The notes below the pieces were generated by a model. The model was not told where the DNA came from, did not search any database, and worked only from the letters and a program-made list of their open reading frames with translations. From positions 1 to 64,000 of the forward strand of contig JAHQWK010000001.1 of NCBI GenBank assembly GCA_029856145.1: a stretch of 64,000 nt of DNA, read 5' to 3'. This stretch comes from Promethearchaeia archaeon (GTDB lineage Archaea > Asgardarchaeota > Lokiarchaeia > Sigyniarchaeales > SOKP01). Both the position numbers and the translations under genes were made by a program. The stretch's first letter is position 1. Every line of letters begins with the position of its first letter. Shown here one piece after another: positions 56,335-64,000 of this stretch.

Positions 56335-56925
56335 CTAGAAATTTTCACATTTCTTTCTATAGTATGCTCTAGGATGATCACAAGATGGGCATTTGAAATC
56401 CTTAGGTAATTCATCCATTTCTACTTCATAACCGCATTCCATACACACCCATACAACTTTCTTTCCTCGTTTAAAGAAAGCATCATCACCAATTAATTTT
56501 AAAAGCTTCCCATATCTCTCAGAGTGATGTTTTTCAGCAACCATAATTGCACGTACTCTTTTGACAATATCGGGATACCCTTCTTTATCAGCAGTCTTAG
56601 CAATATCAGGATACAGTGTTTGCCATTCCATGTTTTCTCCCTTTATTGCAGATTTTAGATTTTCAATTGTGGTTCCATGGGTTGTTGGAAATTCAGCATC
56701 GGGGAGAACTTTCATATCATCAAATGGTTCTTCTTTCTTGAACTGTTGTAGCATTTTATAAAACCAGCTGCCATGTTCTTTCTCTTGATCCGATGTCTCG
56801 TCAAAAATTTTAGATATAAATGCATATCCTTCTTTTTTAGCAATTTTAGAAAAATAATTGTATCTATTTCTAGCTTGTGATTCACCGACATATGCGGTAT
56901 ATAATTTTTTAGGTGTTTCTTTCAT
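56335..56925 (-). CDS. rbr: Rubrerythrin
   Basis: GESQARNRY, EKEH, GE, EKHH, CMEC...CPSC. Confidence 0.95.
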   Translation of the reverse strand: MKETPKKLYTAYVGESQARNRYNYFSKIAKKEGYAFISKIFDETSDQEKEHGSWFYKMLQQFKKEEPFDDMKVLPDAEFPTTHGTTIENLKSAIKGENMEWQTLYPDIAKTADKEGYPDIVKRVRAIMVAEKHHSERYGKLLKLIGDDAFFKRGKKVVWVCMECGYEVEMDELPKDFKCPSCDHPRAYYRKKCENF

Positions 56926-57095
56926 AGTTTTTAACCTCCATTTTTAAAATTGGAAATTCGATATATATGAATATATTTGGATTTAAATTATTTCGCCTAT
57001 TTTTTAACTTTTTTACTTATAATTTAAAGAAAAAGCATATTTGATATGAATACAATAAAAGTTATAATAAACTAGTCTAATTTTGCCTTCATAAT

Positions 57096-58046
57096 ATGAT
57101 CGGTTATGAGGAATCAAATCCGAGTGATGTGGATATAAATCAAGTGATTAAAGAATTTTCAAAATTTTTTCCGAACATATCAAAAAATCAAATTAAATTC
57201 CTGTATCATGGAACCCATAATGTTTTCGAAGTTAAAATGAAATACATATTTAGAATTCCAGATCGATTATTCAGAAATGAAAAAGGCGTTGATTTAATTC
57301 AAAAGGAATCTAGCATATTGAATTTTCTAAAAAATCATATTTCAATACCCATTACACAGCCTTTATTCATTTCTCTAACTGAGGATTTTCCATTCATCGG
57401 ATATGAAAAGATTCCCGGTGTATCCCTTTCGAGTATATTTTCTAAGACTAGCATATCTTATAGATGGAAAATAGCTGAACAAGTGGCATCTTTTCTAAAT
57501 GTTTTACATTCAAAATCGATCTGTAAAAGGTTTACTGAATTATTTCAAATTCGGGAACCATTGAGAGGAGATTCGTACAAGCACTACTGGTTAAAAAGAC
57601 TAGAGAGATTGAGGAAAAAAATTTTCTCAGAAATAAAACCCTTTGAACAAGAATGGTTAGAAAGAGTTTTTGATGATTTCCTTTCGAATGAAAAAAATTT
57701 TCATTTCTTACCAAATCTCATCCACGGAGATTTCGATACTTCAAACATTCTAGTGAATTCTGATACCACTATACCAGAAATCACAGGCATCATTGATTTT
57801 GAGGAATGTTCTATATATGATCCTGCATATGACCTCCAATTCTTCGATGAAGGTCCTGAATTTCTAAACTCACTCCTTTTAAAATATGAGTATTCTGATG
57901 ATCCTTCTTTACTGTCTCGGATGAAATTTCTCTATTGTAGAACCTGTATTGAATACTTAGAATTCGGTATTGATCACAATCGTATGGGCATGATCGAAGC
58001 TGGAAAACGGATTTTAAAGAAAAATATGAGAATATTTCCTGTTTAA
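57096..58046 (+). CDS. Aminoglycoside phosphotransferase/choline kinase-like protein
   Basis: LIHGDFxxxNIL, GIIDFE, DPAYD. Confidence 0.85.
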   Translation: MIGYEESNPSDVDINQVIKEFSKFFPNISKNQIKFLYHGTHNVFEVKMKYIFRIPDRLFRNEKGVDLIQKESSILNFLKNHISIPITQPLFISLTEDFPFIGYEKIPGVSLSSIFSKTSISYRWKIAEQVASFLNVLHSKSICKRFTELFQIREPLRGDSYKHYWLKRLERLRKKIFSEIKPFEQEWLERVFDDFLSNEKNFHFLPNLIHGDFDTSNILVNSDTTIPEITGIIDFEECSIYDPAYDLQFFDEGPEFLNSLLLKYEYSDDPSLLSRMKFLYCRTCIEYLEFGIDHNRMGMIEAGKRILKKNMRIFPV

Positions 58047-58068
58047 TTTGCCAATGAAAAAAGATGGA

Positions 58069-60459
58069 TTAATAATAAGTTTCTGTCATTCTACTTTCTT
58101 CTAGCTCTACAGGATAACCTTTTCTGTACCACATCATCATTCCTCCAGTTAAATTTCTGATATCCTTATATCCCGCTTGTGCTAGAATTTGAGCAGCCAT
58201 CATGGACCGAGAACCAGAGTGACATATTGCGATTATTTCCTCATCTTTATAATCCTTAATAACCTCTGGATTATTTAACAACTCTCCTAAGGGAATTAAT
58301 TTTGTATTTCTAATATGACCATGTGGACCAAAGTATTCTTGAGTTGTTCTAACATCAATCATAAGTGGTGGTTCTTCTTCTGTACTAATACGTTCGAAAA
58401 GCTCATCAGGACTAATATCTGAAACGGGAGGTGCATCATGAGGTCTTAGTTCTTTTCTAGTTTTCTTTTTGACAGGAGCTATAACTTCAATAGGTTGAAC
58501 CCTTTGTAATGTAGCAGCTAACATTCCCTTTTCTTTTCCAAGATTTAATAACTTTGCTGCTTCGTTCAATTGAGAATAAGCTTCAACACTAGATTTAAAT
58601 CCAGGATCCGTTGCGTATACTTTTAATTTCTTATTTTCCGGTAACGTGTCAAAGGCTTTAATTAGAGCATTTAAAGGACCGGGACATGAAAGCCCACAAG
58701 CATCCACTTCTATATAATCTTCAGTTTCAGTAGCCTTTTCATGTACAAATTCTTCGATAACATTTTCAGAACCTCCACATGCTGCCATTATTTCTTCTGT
58801 TGTGGCATTGGCCATTTCATAAATTTTAAAACCTCCAGTTAGTTCATATACTTCTTTAAAGCCACTTTGTAATAGAATTCTAAGTGCTAAATAACTCCTA
58901 TATCCTACTTCACAGTAAACATAGATTGATTTATCATTAGGAATTTCATCTAAACGGGCTCTAAGTTCCTCTATTGGAACATTTATTGAGCCTTCAATAG
59001 CTCTAGTAGAAAATTCTTCTTTTGTCCTAACATCTAATAAAACAGCTCCATTATTATTAATACTAGTTAAATCATGCCAATACCAAATAGGCATATCTTC
59101 TCTAAGATAGTTGGATGCAACAAATCCTGCCATATTTACTGGATCCTTTGCAGAACCATAAGGAGGAGCATAGGTTAATTCTAATTCTTCTAAATCATAA
59201 ACAGTACCATTAAATTTAATTGCTGTCGAGATGACATCAATTCTTTTTTCTGTGCCTCGTCCTCCAACAGCTTGAGCTCCTAATATTTTTCCACTTGGAA
59301 CTTCAAAAATTAATTTTAGAGTTATTGGAATAGCTCCAGGATAGTACCCTGCATGATTATTGGGATGAATATATATTTTATCATAATTGAAACTTAAATC
59401 TTTTAATTGTTTTTCTGTTAATCCTACGGAAGCAACGGTTATATCAAAAACTTTAACAACTGATGCGCCCAAAACCCCCTTATATTCTGAATCCCTCCCA
59501 GCAATATTATCTGCAGCTATTCTTCCTTGCTTATTTGCAGGTCCCGCTAGAGCTATTGAGATTGGATTCTTAGTTTGAAAATGCTGGACTTGAATAATAT
59601 CACCCACAGCGAAGATATTGGGATCAGATGTTTGCATTCTTCTGTTAACCTCAATATAACCCCTTTCTGTTAAATTCAAACCTGCATCTTTAGCTAATGA
59701 AATTTCTGGTCTAATCCCAATAGATAAAATTATTAAATCGGTTTCTATTATACGACCACTTTTTGTTTTAATAAATGGTATATCTTTATCAGTTCTTCCA
59801 AAAGAGTCTACAGGATCTTCTAAAACCAAACAAACTCCATTTAATATTAATTCTTGATGAATAAATTGAGCAATTTCCTTATCAATAGGTGGCATAACTT
59901 GATCCAACATTTCAACAATTTTAACTTTCACTCCTTTTTCTGTCAAGTTTTCTGCCATTTCTAGTCCAATAAATCCACCTCCAACGATAACTGCCTTTTT
60001 TATATGAGTTTTTTCAGCATAGTTGCGTATTTTTATAGCGTCTGGAATTGTCCATACAGTAAAATATGGAACTGTATCAAGCCCTAAAAACGGAGGAATT
60101 ATTGGTTTTGACCCAGTTGCTAGAATTAAATAATCATAATCAAGAATATATTCATTTAATTGCTTTAAATCCTTTACTTTAACATTCTTTTTATCTTTAT
60201 TGATTGAAACTACTTCATTATTAACTCGAACATCAATATTAAATCTCTCAAGGAATGTTTCTGGTGTCACCAATTCTAATGACTCACGATCTTTTATTAT
60301 ATTTCCTATATAGTAAGGTAATCCGCAATTCGCAAATGATACATAAGGACCTCGATCTAACATAATTATTTCGAAATCTTCTCTTAATCGTCTTAATCTA
60401 GCTGCAGCAGAAGCTCCTCCTGCTACACCACCAACAATTACTACTCTTTTCATAGACAT
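58069..60459 (-). CDS. CoA-disulfide/persulfide reductase fused to rhodanese, TusA and a second rhodanese
   Basis: SFANCGLPY, YAPPY; VYCEVGYRS; DACGLSCPGP; ICHSGSRS. Confidence 0.92.
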   Translation of the reverse strand: MSMKRVVIVGGVAGGASAAARLRRLREDFEIIMLDRGPYVSFANCGLPYYIGNIIKDRESLELVTPETFLERFNIDVRVNNEVVSINKDKKNVKVKDLKQLNEYILDYDYLILATGSKPIIPPFLGLDTVPYFTVWTIPDAIKIRNYAEKTHIKKAVIVGGGFIGLEMAENLTEKGVKVKIVEMLDQVMPPIDKEIAQFIHQELILNGVCLVLEDPVDSFGRTDKDIPFIKTKSGRIIETDLIILSIGIRPEISLAKDAGLNLTERGYIEVNRRMQTSDPNIFAVGDIIQVQHFQTKNPISIALAGPANKQGRIAADNIAGRDSEYKGVLGASVVKVFDITVASVGLTEKQLKDLSFNYDKIYIHPNNHAGYYPGAIPITLKLIFEVPSGKILGAQAVGGRGTEKRIDVISTAIKFNGTVYDLEELELTYAPPYGSAKDPVNMAGFVASNYLREDMPIWYWHDLTSINNNGAVLLDVRTKEEFSTRAIEGSINVPIEELRARLDEIPNDKSIYVYCEVGYRSYLALRILLQSGFKEVYELTGGFKIYEMANATTEEIMAACGGSENVIEEFVHEKATETEDYIEVDACGLSCPGPLNALIKAFDTLPENKKLKVYATDPGFKSSVEAYSQLNEAAKLLNLGKEKGMLAATLQRVQPIEVIAPVKKKTRKELRPHDAPPVSDISPDELFERISTEEEPPLMIDVRTTQEYFGPHGHIRNTKLIPLGELLNNPEVIKDYKDEEIIAICHSGSRSMMAAQILAQAGYKDIRNLTGGMMMWYRKGYPVELEESRMTETYY

Positions 60460-60564
60460 AACCAGGTTTTTTACATGTTTACAATCTCGTTAACTATTTT
60501 TATAAAGCGATTAATTTAAATTTGGTTATTATAAGTTAGAAAGATTAGTATATAATCTAATATT

Positions 60565-61716
60565 ATGATAAATGATATTGATATGGATCTTAATAGATTA
60601 TTAGCCGAAATTAATTCATGTATAGACTGTAAGGAGTGTAATGAAATATGTGACACTTACAGGGTTACTAATGATGAATTAAAATCCCCTAACGGAAGAT
60701 TAAAAATAGCTGAAAAAGTTTTTTCTAATATTCAGATTACAGAGGAACAACGCATAGGACTCTATACTTGTACATTATGTGGATTATGTGATTTAACTTG
60801 TCAACAAGAAATTCGAATATCAGAAATTATTCATTCATCAAAAGTTAGACTTGTGAAAGAAGATAAAGCACCATTAGAAATACACAATAAAATCATAAGA
60901 GGAATAATTGAAAAAGATAACTCCGTGGGTGGAAATCCAGAAGAGAGATTAAATTGGTTGCCTGAAAGTTATAAAACAAAAGAATTGTTTGAAAAAAAAG
61001 ACTCAGATACTCTATTATTTTTAGGTTGCATGTCTTCATTTCGAGTAACAGAAAGTGCTCTTGCTCCCTATGAAATTTTAAAACTTGCTGATTTTGACTT
61101 TAAAATTTTAGAAAGAGAACCATGTTGTGGAGAATATGTATATTCTGCTGGAAATCTTGACATAGCAAAGAAAATCTTTCAAGAAAACATTGAACTTTTT
61201 AAAACGTTAGGAGTAAAGAACTTAATAGTTACATGTGGGGGTTGTTTATATGCTTTTGATAAAATCTACAGAAAATATTTTAAAGACTTCAACATAAAAG
61301 TGAGACACATAATTGAGGTTATTTATGAGTTAGAAGAAATTAATAAAATCACACTAAAACCATTGAATAAACGAATTACTTATCATGATGCTTGTCGAAT
61401 TGGAAGAAAATATAAAAGTGGGCCTCTATATTCTGAACCTCGAAAGCTTTTAGATAAATGTGGTATAGAAGTTAAAGAATTATCCAAAAATCCAGAAGAA
61501 TGTCCTTGTTGTGGAGCGGGTTCGGGAATTAGGGGTGTTGATAGCAGTATTTGTATTAAAATAGGGAAAGAATTATTCAGCAATGTCGAATCTAAAGAAA
61601 TAGTTACATCATGTCCATTATGCGTATTTAATTTTAGATATGTTAATTATAAGAATCAAATGGATAAAGAAAGTAAATATATAACTGATTATATTTTAGA
61701 TTCAATGAAAAAATAA
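60565..61716 (+). CDS. Fe-S oxidoreductase, HdrD/GlpC-like (2x4Fe-4S + 2 CCG)
   Basis: CIDCKEC, CTLCGLC, EPCCG, YHDAC, CCGAG, CPLC. Confidence 0.88.
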   Translation: MINDIDMDLNRLLAEINSCIDCKECNEICDTYRVTNDELKSPNGRLKIAEKVFSNIQITEEQRIGLYTCTLCGLCDLTCQQEIRISEIIHSSKVRLVKEDKAPLEIHNKIIRGIIEKDNSVGGNPEERLNWLPESYKTKELFEKKDSDTLLFLGCMSSFRVTESALAPYEILKLADFDFKILEREPCCGEYVYSAGNLDIAKKIFQENIELFKTLGVKNLIVTCGGCLYAFDKIYRKYFKDFNIKVRHIIEVIYELEEINKITLKPLNKRITYHDACRIGRKYKSGPLYSEPRKLLDKCGIEVKELSKNPEECPCCGAGSGIRGVDSSICIKIGKELFSNVESKEIVTSCPLCVFNFRYVNYKNQMDKESKYITDYILDSMKK

Positions 61717-61722
61717 AAAAAA

Positions 61723-62523
61723 TTAACCTCTATAATCTAATATGATGACTGCGTCCACAAAAAGCTCATATTTCTCGTCTTCATCGAAATCATGAATAAC
61801 AACCTTTTCAACTTCATCTAACTCCCCTTTGATTTCATGAAGTTCTGATTGTTGCACGACTTTTACATCAGATTGTTTCAATTTTTTTGCGATTTCCACA
61901 GTCCCGGGGATCTCTTTTGCGGAAGTAACCACTATTACTCTCCCTGTATATTCAGTTAATTTGAGGGCTAATTCTAAAGAATCATCCCCTGTATCAACAA
62001 TCAAGGTTCTCTTCTCCCTTAGTTCTTCGAGATTAGGAACTTCTGTATAGACCCCTTTCCCCTTGAACTCATCAACACCGAGTATTACTCGCACATCCAG
62101 CTGACATGAAGTAACTATTTCTACTTCTGGGTTTGTTCCCTCACGATAGTTATTTATCGCAGCTTTTAATGCATCTGCGGCTAGATTTGAACAATGCATT
62201 TTGATTGGAGGTAAACCGTCTAATTCCTCCGCTACATTGCTTCGAGTAATTTTATAGGCATCTTCAAGAGTCATACCTTTAGCCATCTCAGTTACCATTG
62301 AAGAAGTCGATACTGCAGATCCACAACCAAAAGTTTTGAATTTAATATCATCTATGATATCTTCCCCTTTGTCATTTTTCCCTACTTTTATGAATATTTC
62401 CATTAAATCTCCACATACTGGATTTCCAACCTTCCCATATCCATCGGGATTCTCAATTGACCCTACATTTCGTGGATTCCGAAAATGGTCCATTACCTTA
62501 TCGGTATATTTATGTACACTCAT
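61723..62523 (-). CDS. iscU: IscU/NifU Fe-S scaffold fused to a degenerate TrxB-type NADPH-binding domain
   Basis: DHFRNPRNVG, CGD, FGCG, LPPIKMHC; C-terminal half aligns with the TrxB NADPH domain. Confidence 0.88.
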   Translation of the reverse strand: MSVHKYTDKVMDHFRNPRNVGSIENPDGYGKVGNPVCGDLMEIFIKVGKNDKGEDIIDDIKFKTFGCGSAVSTSSMVTEMAKGMTLEDAYKITRSNVAEELDGLPPIKMHCSNLAADALKAAINNYREGTNPEVEIVTSCQLDVRVILGVDEFKGKGVYTEVPNLEELREKRTLIVDTGDDSLELALKLTEYTGRVIVVTSAKEIPGTVEIAKKLKQSDVKVVQQSELHEIKGELDEVEKVVIHDFDEDEKYELFVDAVIILDYRG

Positions 62524-63714
62524 TTAATTTTCCTCCTCTTCTAATTTTTTTAATAAATCTGAAGGCGTTAGTGGTGATAAAATTCTTAATTTTCTTACTA
62601 TTCCCGGTAATACTTTTATAATTTTAACAATATCTTTTTCTTCTGTAAATCTCCCTAAAGTTAATAATAAACTCCCATGTGCTTCCTCATGTAATAAACC
62701 ACACGAGATAAGTGTATGGGATGGTTCAAGAGTCTTTGAAGAACAAGCAGAACCTGTTGCTACCTCCACTTTTTCATCCTTTAAGGAGAGAAGTAAAGAT
62801 TCACCTTCAATATAATCAAAACGGAAATTAGCATTATGTGGCGTCCTTTTCTCAGGATGCCCATTTAAATATGATTTAGGTACCTTTAAAACTTCCCTAA
62901 TTAATTTATCCTTAAGAATTTTTAATCTAGCAGCTTCTTCATTTATTTCCACCTTCATTATTTGAGCGGCTTTAGCAAATCCTATTATCCCAGGTATATT
63001 TTCAGATCCAGATCTTATACCTTTCTCTTGACCTCCTCCAATAATTACAGGATTCACTCGTACTCCTTTCTTAAGATATAAAGCACCTATACCCCTTGGA
63101 CCATAGATATCGTTCGAAGATAAAGTCAATAAATCAAAAGGAACTTTTTGTACATCAATAGGTATGGTACTTTCACTTGCTACAGCATCAGAATGAAACC
63201 ATATGTTTTTGTTTTGAGCAATTTCCGCAATTTCTTCTATAGGCTGAAGTGACCCAATTTCATTACTAGCTGTAGAAATCGAGATTAAAATTGTCTCATC
63301 AGTTATAAGTCGCTCTAATTTTCCGAGATTAATAATACCAAATCTGTCCACGGGAACCCTGCTCACTCTAAAGCCTTCTTTCTCTAAATATTTACCAATA
63401 TTTAATATCGAGATATGCTCAATCTCTGAGATGATAATATGATTTCCTTTTCTTCGATTTCGAAGAGCTGCACCGATTATTCCTAAATTATTTGATTCGG
63501 TAGCTCCAGAAGTAAAAATGATGTTATCTGGACTTGGAGCATTTATAAACTCAGCAACTTTAAGTCGACCGTCTTCTAAAGAATTAGTAGCCTTATATCC
63601 ATAATTATGTAATGAAGATGGATTTCCAAAATCTTGAGTGAAATATGGTTTCATAGCCTCAAATACACGAGGATCCACTGGTTTAGCTGCTTGGTAATCT
63701 AAATACGCACTCAT
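62524..63714 (-). CDS. iscS: IscS/NifS-family protein lacking the PLP-binding Lys
   Basis: FGNPSS, FTSGATE, EH, SSNDIYGP in place of SxHKxYGP, GGGQE, GSACSS. Confidence 0.9.
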   Translation of the reverse strand: MSAYLDYQAAKPVDPRVFEAMKPYFTQDFGNPSSLHNYGYKATNSLEDGRLKVAEFINAPSPDNIIFTSGATESNNLGIIGAALRNRRKGNHIIISEIEHISILNIGKYLEKEGFRVSRVPVDRFGIINLGKLERLITDETILISISTASNEIGSLQPIEEIAEIAQNKNIWFHSDAVASESTIPIDVQKVPFDLLTLSSNDIYGPRGIGALYLKKGVRVNPVIIGGGQEKGIRSGSENIPGIIGFAKAAQIMKVEINEEAARLKILKDKLIREVLKVPKSYLNGHPEKRTPHNANFRFDYIEGESLLLSLKDEKVEVATGSACSSKTLEPSHTLISCGLLHEEAHGSLLLTLGRFTEEKDIVKIIKVLPGIVRKLRILSPLTPSDLLKKLEEEEN

Positions 63715-63732
63715 CTTCTAATCCTCGAATCA

Positions 63733-63987
63733 TTATTTTAATTTTTTAAATACGAATATTAAATCATCGCCATCTTTATTAAACTCCACTACCTTAGTGT
63801 CGGTTCTCTTTGCCCATCTTTTAAGATCCTCTTCAGCAGCAGGGTCATCAGCAATAACTTTAAAATACTGTCCTACAGTAAGAGTTTCACTTAAATTCCT
63901 AACTTCAAACAATGGTTCTGGACAAAATAAACCACGAGTATCCAATTCTTCATCAATTATAGTTCCATCAATTTCCTCATGACTCAA
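63733..63987 (-). CDS. tusA: TusA/SirA sulfur carrier
   Basis: LDTRGLFCPEP, ADDP. Confidence 0.9.
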   Translation of the reverse strand: MSHEEIDGTIIDEELDTRGLFCPEPLFEVRNLSETLTVGQYFKVIADDPAAEEDLKRWAKRTDTKVVEFNKDGDDLIFVFKKLK

Positions 63988-64000
63988 TTTAAAAACCTCT

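Noticed and set aside
31125-63987. Selenoproteins among the redox genes
   Set aside because: No in-frame TGA seen at catalytic Cys positions; the ORFs are complete with Cys.

Overview
AT-rich archaeal genomic DNA, most consistent with an Asgard archaeon (Lokiarchaeia/Promethearchaeia). Supporting signs are the archaeal AlaRS, DtdA and FtsZ, GGTGA/GAGGAG Shine-Dalgarno sites, and several eukaryotic-signature proteins (E1/E2/ubiquitin-like, Arf/Rag-like GTPase, longin/roadblock, profilin). No rRNA, tRNA, CRISPR array or intact mobile element was seen. The most striking locus is at 1-6062, a non-canonical ubiquitin-like conjugation cluster. It has a eukaryote-type E1, an E2, two paralogous Ubl modifiers with acidic N-terminal tails that end in Ala-Gly rather than Gly-Gly and share a UFM1-like register, a third homologous Ubl domain tethered to two transmembrane helices with no terminal Gly, a multi-winged-helix protein, and a coiled-coil protein sharing KTP motifs with the Ubls. 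Other notable observations: (1) apparent recurrent ATT initiation, including a 170-codon gene with no ATG/GTG/TTG; (2) a small GTPase-histidine kinase-response regulator cluster whose output domain looks longin/uDENN-like; (3) a tri-longin-like protein; (4) a ~33 kb redox/O2-defence and sulfur island containing a CooS-V-like CODH, an IscS lacking its PLP lysine, and an IscU fused to a degenerate thioredoxin-reductase NADPH domain. All calls come from motif reading by eye; no database searches were run.
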